Shown piece by piece: positions 9,659 through 18,383 of a stretch of 64,000 nt of DNA. The stretch spans positions 18,822-82,821 of IMG/VR virus record IMGVR_UViG_3300012950_001127. One strand, given 5' to 3'. Each line of letters starts with the position of its first letter. Within the stretch, counting starts at the first letter, position 1. The notes beneath the pieces were generated by a model. It was not told where the DNA came from. It did no database searches and saw only the letters and a program-made list of their open reading frames with translations. The DNA comes from a virus. The position numbers were made by a program, and so were the translations under genes.

Positions 9659-10721
9659 GCAAAAAAAGGAAGAAAAGATTTTCAGCCTTTTGAAGTCATT
9701 TGGGATAAAGACGGAGTATGTAAAGATTGATAAAAAGAGATTTTTTGATATTTATGATATAAAATTATCTAATGGAATCAGATCTTCTAAGTTAGATCGA
9801 GTTCTTGTAGATATAGGTTTAGCAATGTCTTCTCATTCCCACCCTAAAGGATATCCTGTTATGAGGGATGGGGTATATAGGATTGAAATTCAAAGAGAAG
9901 AGATAGAGTCTCCTACTTTTCAGTCTGTATATAATTCTTTTGCTAAAAATCATTATGCGCCTATAGCGGTAGGCGTAGACACTTTGGGGGAATTTTTCAG
10001 TATAGATTTAAATAAGCTGCCAAATTTATTGGTAGCAGGGACTACTGGCTCTGGCAAAAGCATGTTGCTTCATAGCTTTGTATTATCTCTTTTGGGCTCT
10101 GATGCGCTTGTGCACCTTGTTGACCCGAAGATGGTAGAGTTTGGTATTTATGAAAACTTTAAAGCAATAAGATCTATTTCTCACTCTGTTGAGGAGACAG
10201 AGGCGATGATAGAGGGTGTTCGTGAACTCATGGAGTCTAGATTTGGATGCCTAAAGAGTCATGGAGCAAGAGACGCGTCAGAATATAATAAAAAAGTAGA
10301 TCAGAAGAATAAAATGCGTCCAGTAGTTGTGATTGTAGACGAGTGGGCAGATATTGTATTACAAGATAAGGATATACAAAAGGTATTATGCTTTGTTGCA
10401 CAAAAAGGCAGAGCGGCTGGTATTTCTATAATTCTTGCGACACAAAGACCATCTGCCAGAGTAATATCTGGATTAGTTAAAGCGAATTTTTCCGGCAGAG
10501 TGTCTTTGAAAGTTGCGTCGGCTGTTGATAGTAGGATTGTTTTAGATTGCAATGGAGCAGAAAAAATAACAGACGTAGGTACTGGCCTATATTTAGATGG
10601 CACATTGTCTAAACCAAAAATGTTTAGAGCGCCAAATATTCTTGATATTCAAGAAGAATTAAATATTATAAGCCCAATCGCTAAGGCGCGTCCAAGTTTT
10701 TGGAGCAGGTTTAAATTTTGA
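9627..10721 (+). CDS. ftsK: FtsK/SpoIIIE-family DNA translocase ATPase (motor domain only)
   Basis: LLVAGTTGSGKS (Walker A), VDPKMVE, VVIVDEWAD (Walker B), KGRAAGI..ILATQRPS and DSRIVLD. No transmembrane or gamma domain. Confidence 0.9.
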   Translation: MKASEVIGIFEQKKEEKIFSLLKSFGIKTEYVKIDKKRFFDIYDIKLSNGIRSSKLDRVLVDIGLAMSSHSHPKGYPVMRDGVYRIEIQREEIESPTFQSVYNSFAKNHYAPIAVGVDTLGEFFSIDLNKLPNLLVAGTTGSGKSMLLHSFVLSLLGSDALVHLVDPKMVEFGIYENFKAIRSISHSVEETEAMIEGVRELMESRFGCLKSHGARDASEYNKKVDQKNKMRPVVVIVDEWADIVLQDKDIQKVLCFVAQKGRAAGISIILATQRPSARVISGLVKANFSGRVSLKVASAVDSRIVLDCNGAEKITDVGTGLYLDGTLSKPKMFRAPNILDIQEELNIISPIAKARPSFWSRFKF

Positions 10722-11257
10722 TTAGATATTCGAAAGAGCAGATATTAAATAGTGTAAATATCGCAAGTATAGCAGATAAATTTAATATAGGGTTGGAGCA
10801 GGTTAATACTGGCAACTTTACACACAGGTGCAAGTGCCCATCGGCAGAGCATAAGAATGGCTCAGAAAGAACAGGCTCTCTTTATATAGATGAGATAAAC
10901 AATAATTTTTATTGCTTTGGTTGTGGAGCATCTAACAATGTTATAGACTTTTATATGTTATGTGCTGAAAAAGATTTTTCAGAATCTATTTTTGATCTAT
11001 CCGAATATGTAGATGCAGATAAAGTTAAGAATATTAAAGTAATAAAAAAAGCAAGTAACTTTCAATATTTAATAATGATTTCTAATGAATTTAGAAAATT
11101 ACAGAGATTTCACTCAGAAGATATGGAGTGGATCGAGAAGTTTATCAAACATACGGATAAGCGCTTGTGTTCTATAGATAGATGTGATGTTGGTGCGGCA
11201 AAGAAAATTTTAAATAAAATAAAGCTTATTATAAATAGGAGGTATCAAAACAAATGA
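10718..11257 (+). CDS. Stand-alone CHC2 (DnaG-type) zinc-binding domain protein
   Basis: CP..EH....E.TGSL......FYCFGCGA..NVIDF. No Toprim domain follows. Confidence 0.8.
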   Translation: MIRYSKEQILNSVNIASIADKFNIGLEQVNTGNFTHRCKCPSAEHKNGSERTGSLYIDEINNNFYCFGCGASNNVIDFYMLCAEKDFSESIFDLSEYVDADKVKNIKVIKKASNFQYLIMISNEFRKLQRFHSEDMEWIEKFIKHTDKRLCSIDRCDVGAAKKILNKIKLIINRRYQNK

Positions 11258-12423
11258 GAATGATTATCTGTGGAGATACGCATATAGGTGCCATTTTTGG
11301 CCTTGGAAGGCCAAATGGCAAGGGCAGTAATACGCGAGTTGATGACTATGAAAATACTTTTAACTCTATTGTTGATCACGCCATAAACACAAAGGCTGAT
11401 ATTTTTATTCAAACTGGAGATATATTTGAAAGCAGAAATCCTTCGGTTGAACATATGAAGGTTGTAGATAAGGCTCTTAGGCGCTTGTCTAATGAAAATA
11501 TAGCAACGTTTGTGATAATGGGGAATCATGATTATAAAAAAAGCGGCCCATCATTTACTAGCTCTATAACTTCATTGGCTTCTGCAGATTATCCAAACGT
11601 AAGAATGCTAATAGAGCCTGAGATTATTCAGGTTTGTAACTCAAGCAATGAAAAAGTTAATATTCTTCTCCTGCCTTATAGGGACAGGAAGATGTATAAG
11701 GGGAAATCTGTCAAGGAGCAATCAGATGGATATAATAATGAAATTATAAATTTAGTATCTTCCGCAGCCTCAGACATACCTCTGGTCGCGGTTGGACATA
11801 ATTTCTTTTATGAAGGAAGTTATAATGATTATGGCGGAACAGAAATTCTAACGAGCCCCCAGGCCTTTAAGGGCGCAGACTTAGTTGTTATGGGGCACTT
11901 GCATCAGTTTAGAGTATTGCGCAAGCGCGCACCCGTATGTGTGTATTCTGGCTCCATGGAGAAGACAAACTTTGGAGATTCAAGCGTAGACAAGTATTAT
12001 ATAGATTATAATATTTTAAATAAAAAGATAAAGTTTTGTAAAACTAAAACGAGAGAGCTTGTTGATGACTCCTTTGATTTAACTGGGGTTGGCTTTGCAG
12101 ATGTTCAAAACAGAATAGAGGAAGAATTAGAGGCCTCTTCTCTTGAAGACAAGATAGTTAGATTGAAGCTGGTTGTTGATGAAAAAGTTTTGCCAGTATT
12201 AGACGTGTCGAGGGTTGAAACGGCCATATATAGCCATGGAGCGTTTTATGTATCCAAAGTAATTATAGAGCCTATTGCACAAAGGATTGTTAGAGATAAT
12301 GCCATTCTAGGCTACGAAGATGATTACGAAATGTTTGAAGCCTTTCTTAAGTCACAGAATATAGATTTAGATTCTAAAGAGTTGCTGTTGACCGAAGCAA
12401 AGGAAATTATGGGGAAAATATGA
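11254..12423 (+). CDS. sbcD: SbcD/Mre11 (gp47-like) metallophosphoesterase nuclease
   Basis: DTHIG, GDIF, GNHD, GHLH and YSGS motifs; adjacent to sbcC. Confidence 0.92.
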   Translation: MRMIICGDTHIGAIFGLGRPNGKGSNTRVDDYENTFNSIVDHAINTKADIFIQTGDIFESRNPSVEHMKVVDKALRRLSNENIATFVIMGNHDYKKSGPSFTSSITSLASADYPNVRMLIEPEIIQVCNSSNEKVNILLLPYRDRKMYKGKSVKEQSDGYNNEIINLVSSAASDIPLVAVGHNFFYEGSYNDYGGTEILTSPQAFKGADLVVMGHLHQFRVLRKRAPVCVYSGSMEKTNFGDSSVDKYYIDYNILNKKIKFCKTKTRELVDDSFDLTGVGFADVQNRIEEELEASSLEDKIVRLKLVVDEKVLPVLDVSRVETAIYSHGAFYVSKVIIEPIAQRIVRDNAILGYEDDYEMFEAFLKSQNIDLDSKELLLTEAKEIMGKI

Positions 12424-14525
12424 TTCCAACAAAAGTTGAATTAGAAAACTTTTTTTCACACAAAAATAGCACTGTTGATTTTTCAGATTTTTCTTCTGCA
12501 TTGCTCATAGGCAATACAGAGGGCGATTACGGAAAGTCTAATGGCTCTGGGAAAAGTGCCATATTTGAATCAATTTTATGGTGCCTTTTTAACAAATCAA
12601 GAGTCTCTATGATGGATGATATAATCATGTGGGGATCTGCCACATGCTTTGTAGAGTTAGAGTTTAATCATGATAATAATTTATATAAGGTAAGAAGGTC
12701 CAGATCAAGGATGAACTCAACATCATCTGTTGAATTTTGTATATCTGATCCAGTGGAAGGCTGGCAAGACTTATCTTGTTCTACTGCGGGAGATACAAAT
12801 AAGTTAATCGAAGAAATTACAGGTCTCAATTATAAAACTTTTATAAACTCTGTCTATTTTAGACAGAATGATATATCTGAGTTTGCAGAAGCAGAAGCTT
12901 CCAGAAAGAAAGAGATTTTAAAATCTATTGTAGATATATCCAGATGGGACGACTACGATAAGGAGGCTAGGAAAAAGGCTAGAGATATCAAAATAGAGTG
13001 CAAAGTGTTGCAGGCATCTGTAGATGGATATAAAGATTTGGTTGAAGAGCTTGCGAAAACAGAGGGGGAGTTAGGATTATTAAAAGACAGCATAGAGAAG
13101 CTGGCGGCTAAGAAAGCCTCAGTTGTGGGACAGCTTGATTTGCTGAGTGGCGAATATTCTTTGATAAAAGAATCTTTGGATACAGAGACATACGATAAAA
13201 TTATTGAAAAAATTTCTTCTTTAAAGAAAGACAAAGAGCGTGCCGCTAACCTCTTAGGCGAAGAAACCGCTTTGATAGTTAAATATGAAAAAGATAAGAA
13301 GGCAATAGAGAATGATATTGACAATCTTTCAATATCAATAAAAAATCTTCTTGAAGAAGAGGTGCCTACAGGAATTGTTGATTCGCTTCGCAGTGAGCTA
13401 ACGACGCATAAGTCTAGCGTAGCTTCTTCTAAACTAATTTTAAGTAATTTAAACAAGATTGATCTAAGCAGCGGTGCATGTCATGTGTGTGAGCAGAATA
13501 TTCCTGAAACTCTTAGCCAAAAGTTATCAAAAGAATATAGAGAAAGAATTGATGGTCACAAGAAAAGCGTCGGAGTTTGCAAAGAAAGCATTGTAAAGAT
13601 TGAGGGCAAAATAGAAAAGTGGCTTGAGAAAGAGAAGGGCAATTCTAAGATAAAAGAGGCAAATGCTAGCATTGAGCCGTTAGAATACAAGCTAAGCCTT
13701 GTAAAAGAAACTCTAGATAAACATGTAAAGGAAAAAAAGGTTCAATCTAATAAGCTAGACAATATTAAGTCTGAATTAAAAACAAATATAGAAATATTAG
13801 AATCAATTAAAAATGAAAATTTTCAGAATATAAGATCAAATATTCAAATCTTAAAGGATGAAAAAGAAGTTTTGTTAAAATCCATTGCTGAAGAAAATAA
13901 AAAGATTGGAAGGCTGCAGGAAAGAGAAAGCTCTTTGAGCTCTAAGAAGGATGCTATGGAAGATAATAAGAAAAAATTAAATGAGAAGCTAAAGAGCGTT
14001 GCATTGTTTGACAAATTGGCAAGAATGTTTGGCAAAAACGGAATACAAACAATTCTTTTAGATGCTGTGATTGAAGATTTGGAGAAAACTTCTAATAAAA
14101 CTCTTTCGTCAATTTGCAACGAACCTGCAGTTATAACGCTAGAAACACAGCGTCCTGGTGCAGATGGAACGTCTATCGTTGAAACTTTGGACTTAAAAGT
14201 ACGTAAAGATGGGTGTTTGCAAAACTTTAAATCTCTTAGTGGCGGAGAAAAGTTTAGAATTTCCTTGGCGTTGCGGATAGCCCTTAGTGAAATATCCTCA
14301 AGATATGGCGGATCTTCGTTAGAATTTTTGTTGTTAGATGAAGTAAATTCGCCCTTAGACAGATTTGGCGTTGAAACTCTTTTTATAAATGTAATAAAGT
14401 CATTAGAGGACAAATATAAAATACTGGTTATTACTCACGATGAAGGGCTGAAAGAAAGATTTGATAACGTTATAGATGTAACAAAGGTTAATGGGGAAAG
14501 CCAAATAGAATTTATAGTTAGATAG
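12420..14525 (+). CDS. sbcC: SbcC/Rad50 (gp46-like) SMC ATPase
   Basis: NGSGKS Walker A, coiled coil, CHVC zinc hook, LSGGE signature, LLDE Walker B and ITH. Confidence 0.93.
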   Translation: MIPTKVELENFFSHKNSTVDFSDFSSALLIGNTEGDYGKSNGSGKSAIFESILWCLFNKSRVSMMDDIIMWGSATCFVELEFNHDNNLYKVRRSRSRMNSTSSVEFCISDPVEGWQDLSCSTAGDTNKLIEEITGLNYKTFINSVYFRQNDISEFAEAEASRKKEILKSIVDISRWDDYDKEARKKARDIKIECKVLQASVDGYKDLVEELAKTEGELGLLKDSIEKLAAKKASVVGQLDLLSGEYSLIKESLDTETYDKIIEKISSLKKDKERAANLLGEETALIVKYEKDKKAIENDIDNLSISIKNLLEEEVPTGIVDSLRSELTTHKSSVASSKLILSNLNKIDLSSGACHVCEQNIPETLSQKLSKEYRERIDGHKKSVGVCKESIVKIEGKIEKWLEKEKGNSKIKEANASIEPLEYKLSLVKETLDKHVKEKKVQSNKLDNIKSELKTNIEILESIKNENFQNIRSNIQILKDEKEVLLKSIAEENKKIGRLQERESSLSSKKDAMEDNKKKLNEKLKSVALFDKLARMFGKNGIQTILLDAVIEDLEKTSNKTLSSICNEPAVITLETQRPGADGTSIVETLDLKVRKDGCLQNFKSLSGGEKFRISLALRIALSEISSRYGGSSLEFLLLDEVNSPLDRFGVETLFINVIKSLEDKYKILVITHDEGLKERFDNVIDVTKVNGESQIEFIVR

Positions 14526-14580
14526 TTAGATCCGTTTTAATATGGTATGCTAATTATCGCAGATAAGTTATGGAGAGATC

Positions 14581-15456
14581 ATGATAGTATTAACTATGAC
14601 AGAGAGTTCGGTTGAGCTTATTTCTGGCAGCCCAGAGTATGTTGCCTTTTCCTCTAGCGAGCCAGCTAGCATCTACTATACCCTCGACGGATCTGCGCCC
14701 ACGGAAGAATCCCTGATTGCTGTGGGAAGAGTATACCTGCCTTCAGGTGGGGTAGCTTTTTCTATTAAGGCTGTTGCTATATCGGCAAGTGATAGTTCGG
14801 CAGTTTTAGAGCAAGAATACTCTCCAGACTCTACGGATTTAAATGGGCCAAGGCATATTGGGGAAGAGGGCGTTTTGGTTATGCCTTATGGAGAGGACGC
14901 TGTTGATAGTCTGTCTTACGATGCGAGTGGAGATCCGGCTCAAGAGGTTGCAAAGAGCTTTGATGATTTAGATATAAAGGTCTCCAGGGTTAATCGCGGT
15001 GGAGTTATGCTAGATAAATACAAAACCTCTGTATCTTTTGTTAACTTTGCAGAAATTTCCTCTAAAGCAAAAGAGACAATAACAAGCACTCCAAATAATA
15101 ATGTTGACTTTGATCCTACGGCTAGAGTTATTGTGATAGACGGCTCCACGGACGAAAAAAAGCAAGAACAAGTTGTCAAGATAGTAAATCGTCCCTATAA
15201 TAATCTTGACCCAGTTAGCAAATTTTACGATGAGCAAATTGGGAATTCAGAACAAGTTATTACAGGAAACTATGTTAGAAGCTTTTATAATCCCAGCACT
15301 GGAATATATACATCTTTTTATTGGGAAAGTAGAGAATCTAGGTGGTTAAAATCTATTCAGAGAATAGAGCACAAGCCCTTGGCTGTATCTTTTTCGTCTG
15401 AAAAAATGTTTGTATATAGATGGATTCAAGATAGAGCTATGAGTCAAATTTTTTAG
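14581..15456 (+). CDS. Protein with an N-terminal CHB_HEX_C/FN3-associated Ig-like domain, probably a virion protein
   Basis: IYYTLDGSAPT...IKAVAI motif; preceded by TGCTAAT and GGAG. Confidence 0.6.
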   Translation: MIVLTMTESSVELISGSPEYVAFSSSEPASIYYTLDGSAPTEESLIAVGRVYLPSGGVAFSIKAVAISASDSSAVLEQEYSPDSTDLNGPRHIGEEGVLVMPYGEDAVDSLSYDASGDPAQEVAKSFDDLDIKVSRVNRGGVMLDKYKTSVSFVNFAEISSKAKETITSTPNNNVDFDPTARVIVIDGSTDEKKQEQVVKIVNRPYNNLDPVSKFYDEQIGNSEQVITGNYVRSFYNPSTGIYTSFYWESRESRWLKSIQRIEHKPLAVSFSSEKMFVYRWIQDRAMSQIF

Positions 15457-15482
15457 TTTTCCTGCTACAAAAGGAGTTAGTT

Positions 15483-16256
15483 TTGTTAAAGCTTTCTGTG
15501 TCCTCTATGGACACTTATAATAAATGTCCAAAAAAATACCATTATAGGTATATAGAAAAGCCAGATGTAGAGAGGGCTAAGTGGGGGTTCACTGAGTTTG
15601 GCTCATGCGCCCATAGAATTCTCGAATTATTTCATAAAGAAATAATAAGAACAAAATCTGGAGAAAGTCATTATTCAGACATAATGAAGACTGCTTTTAA
15701 AAAGGCAGTAAAAGAATTTGATCTTGCCATATTAGAACAGCCAGTGTGGACTCCGAATGGAGACGCTCCTGGCCTCTTATATTTAAGAGAAATAATGCAA
15801 GATTATTTAAATTTATTAAAAAATAAAGGAATGCCAAATGTAATTGGCATTGAGGCCCCATATAACTTTAAGCTCCTAGCTGACGGAAAAGAGATTTTAG
15901 TAAGGGGCATTATAGACAGAATTGATAAAATTGGAGATCGAGAATATAGAGTTCTTGATTATAAAACCAGTAAGAATCAAAAATATTTAACCAGCTTTCA
16001 GCTGCTGGTTTATGCCGAAGCAGTTAGGCAAAAGTATCCAGATGCAGAAACTGTGCATGGTTCATATATGCTTTTGAAACACGGTTGCAAAACTGTTGAT
16101 TGGACCTTCGCTGGATCTGAAATAGATGGCTGCAAGCAGTCTATAATAAAAACTGCAACATATATTGAAGATGATGATTCTTGGGTAAAAAAGCCATCGC
16201 TTTTGTGCAGGTGGTGCGATTATAAACCAATATGCCAAGATGCATGGACAGAGTAG
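15483..16256 (+). CDS. PD-(D/E)XK RecB/Cas4-like exonuclease with probable Fe-S cluster
   Basis: KCP..Y at the N-terminus; GIIDRID, LDYKT, QL..Y; C-terminal LCRWCDYKPIC. Confidence 0.88.
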   Translation: MLKLSVSSMDTYNKCPKKYHYRYIEKPDVERAKWGFTEFGSCAHRILELFHKEIIRTKSGESHYSDIMKTAFKKAVKEFDLAILEQPVWTPNGDAPGLLYLREIMQDYLNLLKNKGMPNVIGIEAPYNFKLLADGKEILVRGIIDRIDKIGDREYRVLDYKTSKNQKYLTSFQLLVYAEAVRQKYPDAETVHGSYMLLKHGCKTVDWTFAGSEIDGCKQSIIKTATYIEDDDSWVKKPSLLCRWCDYKPICQDAWTE

Positions 16257-16264
16257 GGGATAAG

Positions 16265-17044
16265 ATGTTTGAAGGTATAGTTAGAATGTATGATGAAGAC
16301 GTGCATATAAATACAGATACAAAAGAAGGATATGCGCGAGTTATAGAGAGAATAGACCCGCTATTATGTAAAATGGCCTCAAAAACATATATGCCTGGAT
16401 ATAATTTTGATGACATCAAGCAAGAGTTGATAGTAATTGCGATGGAAGGAGTTGATGCATTTGATCCGAAAAAGAATGTAAAGTTAAGTACCTTTCTGCA
16501 TATTCATCTTAGAAATAAGTTGATTTCAAAAATAAAGAGCGTTAATAAACTTTCTAATGATGCGTTTTCATTGTCTGAAAATATGCAGAAAAACCCTATA
16601 TGTAGTTGTGGTGGCAAAATTATTTCAGACGAATACATAGAGGAAGAGACTGGCAAAGTAAAGTGCGGACATAGCTGTGAAGTATGTAGCAAAAATTATT
16701 CTTATCCTCATAGGAGGTCCAGAGAAGAGCTTATATTTAGTGGAATGCCGCGAGTTAACCCGAATGACGGTGAAGAGTATGCGGATTTTCAAAGTTCTTT
16801 ATCAAACTCTAGTGGGCTTTATTCTGACGATAGAACATCATATGATGATGTTGAATTAGAGCTTTTGATAGATAAGCTTTCAGAGGCGATTGACGAAAAG
16901 ACTTCAATCATATTAAGGAAAGTTTGCCTGGAAGGATTTTCAATTAAAGATGCTGCAGAAAGTGTAGGCTTGACCGGGTGGGCGGCAAGCATGAGGCTTA
17001 AGAAGCTTGATCGCTTTAAAATATTAAAAGACTTGCTTGATTAA
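16265..17044 (+). CDS. Phage sigma70-family sigma factor with a Cys-rich insertion
   Basis: Region 2 (DDIKQE...FDPKKNVKLSTF..LRN), region 4 HTH (GFSIKDAAESVG) and an inserted CSC...CGHSCEVC segment. Confidence 0.8.
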   Translation: MFEGIVRMYDEDVHINTDTKEGYARVIERIDPLLCKMASKTYMPGYNFDDIKQELIVIAMEGVDAFDPKKNVKLSTFLHIHLRNKLISKIKSVNKLSNDAFSLSENMQKNPICSCGGKIISDEYIEEETGKVKCGHSCEVCSKNYSYPHRRSREELIFSGMPRVNPNDGEEYADFQSSLSNSSGLYSDDRTSYDDVELELLIDKLSEAIDEKTSIILRKVCLEGFSIKDAAESVGLTGWAASMRLKKLDRFKILKDLLD

Positions 17045-18371
17045 AAATAGTATGAGGGATGAAATCTTAAAACATATTAAAGATGAGAAGGATGTATCTA
17101 GGTATAAAATATTTGTTTTAAAAAAAAGAGCAAAAAATAAAGCCTACAAGCATAGACTTATTTCTATCGAAAAGGATTTTGTAGAATATCCAATCGAAAA
17201 GATTGAATTTAAAACCCTGGCAGAGGCTCGTGAGGCTATAGCTTTGTTTAAAGTTTCTAGATCAGAGTTTGTTGCCAAATATGGGCAAGGCAGGCCTAAA
17301 GAAAGGGCTAAAATTAATGCCAAAGAGCGCGGGCTTCTTGATGATAAAGTTTCTTTTTATGAAAATAAATATAAAAATCTTTTAGAGGAAGGAATAAAGA
17401 AATTAAATATATTAGAAGATGATTTTTTTGCTTCTCAGGTAAATTCGCTAAATAATTTAGATAAATCTGTTGGTCCAGATACCCTAATGAGGGTCGAGGG
17501 GGCCTCTCTCGGCAAAAAAAGAGCCAGGGCTCAGATTTTGCTGTATTGTTTTTCTAGATTTTTATATTATAAAGTTAAGAGGATAAAGAGATCTATCGAG
17601 AAGGACGAGATAAGCGCTGAAGAGTTTAGAGATTTAAATTTTACATTAGATAATTTTTTAAATAATTATGAATATGGATTGTTTAATTATTATAATGATG
17701 GAATAAAAGAGGTTCCGTTGATTATAAATGGAACTTTGGGACATAATAATTATATTCATGCGCTATATCCCCTTACCAATTTATTCGAGAAGTATGAATA
17801 TGATTTTTGTATCGAAAAAGTATTAGACGAAAATAAAAAAATTTTTAATGAGACAAGCCTTTTGCCATCTAATAAAAAATTTGCAAAAAGAGGATATGCT
17901 GTAATAACTCCTATGCAGCGGGTTGGCAATGAGGCAGTAAAACTTTTATTTTTAGATTTATGGTCTAAAAGCGGGGTGTGTTTGAACGAAATCTTTACTA
18001 AAGATTTTTATAATCAGATCGTTGATGATATATATTATAAGGCGATTTCCACAGTTCCTATTTGGACTACCGGCGAAGAGCTTAATAAAAACAAGTTTCT
18101 TTTTAGAATTATTGCATCATTGCTTGGCCTTGAACATGTGCCGATGATAGATGAAATTAACTTCAAAGATGCTTCTATAATAACTAGGATAAATAATTAT
18201 TACGATGGCAATATAGAAATATGCTCAAAGTCTAGTAAAATTTTAGTTCCAACTACGCGTTCTGAAGCAGATCATATAAAAACTTCTTTGGCACGGTTTG
18301 ACTTACTAATAAAAGAAATAAGAGAAGAGTATATTTCTTTGTTTTTAAAAGATAATCAATATGTCGTATAA
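17037..18371 (+). CDS. Hypothetical protein
   Basis: 444-aa ORF with a TTGA overlap; no motif recognised. Confidence 0.7.
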   Translation: MIKNSMRDEILKHIKDEKDVSRYKIFVLKKRAKNKAYKHRLISIEKDFVEYPIEKIEFKTLAEAREAIALFKVSRSEFVAKYGQGRPKERAKINAKERGLLDDKVSFYENKYKNLLEEGIKKLNILEDDFFASQVNSLNNLDKSVGPDTLMRVEGASLGKKRARAQILLYCFSRFLYYKVKRIKRSIEKDEISAEEFRDLNFTLDNFLNNYEYGLFNYYNDGIKEVPLIINGTLGHNNYIHALYPLTNLFEKYEYDFCIEKVLDENKKIFNETSLLPSNKKFAKRGYAVITPMQRVGNEAVKLLFLDLWSKSGVCLNEIFTKDFYNQIVDDIYYKAISTVPIWTTGEELNKNKFLFRIIASLLGLEHVPMIDEINFKDASIITRINNYYDGNIEICSKSSKILVPTTRSEADHIKTSLARFDLLIKEIREEYISLFLKDNQYVV

Positions 18372-18383
18372 CGTTAGTTAAAA

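Noticed and set aside
15483-16256. Cas4-like nuclease as evidence of a CRISPR-Cas system
   Set aside because: No repeat-spacer array or other cas genes are visible, and solo Cas4/RecB-like nucleases are common in phages.
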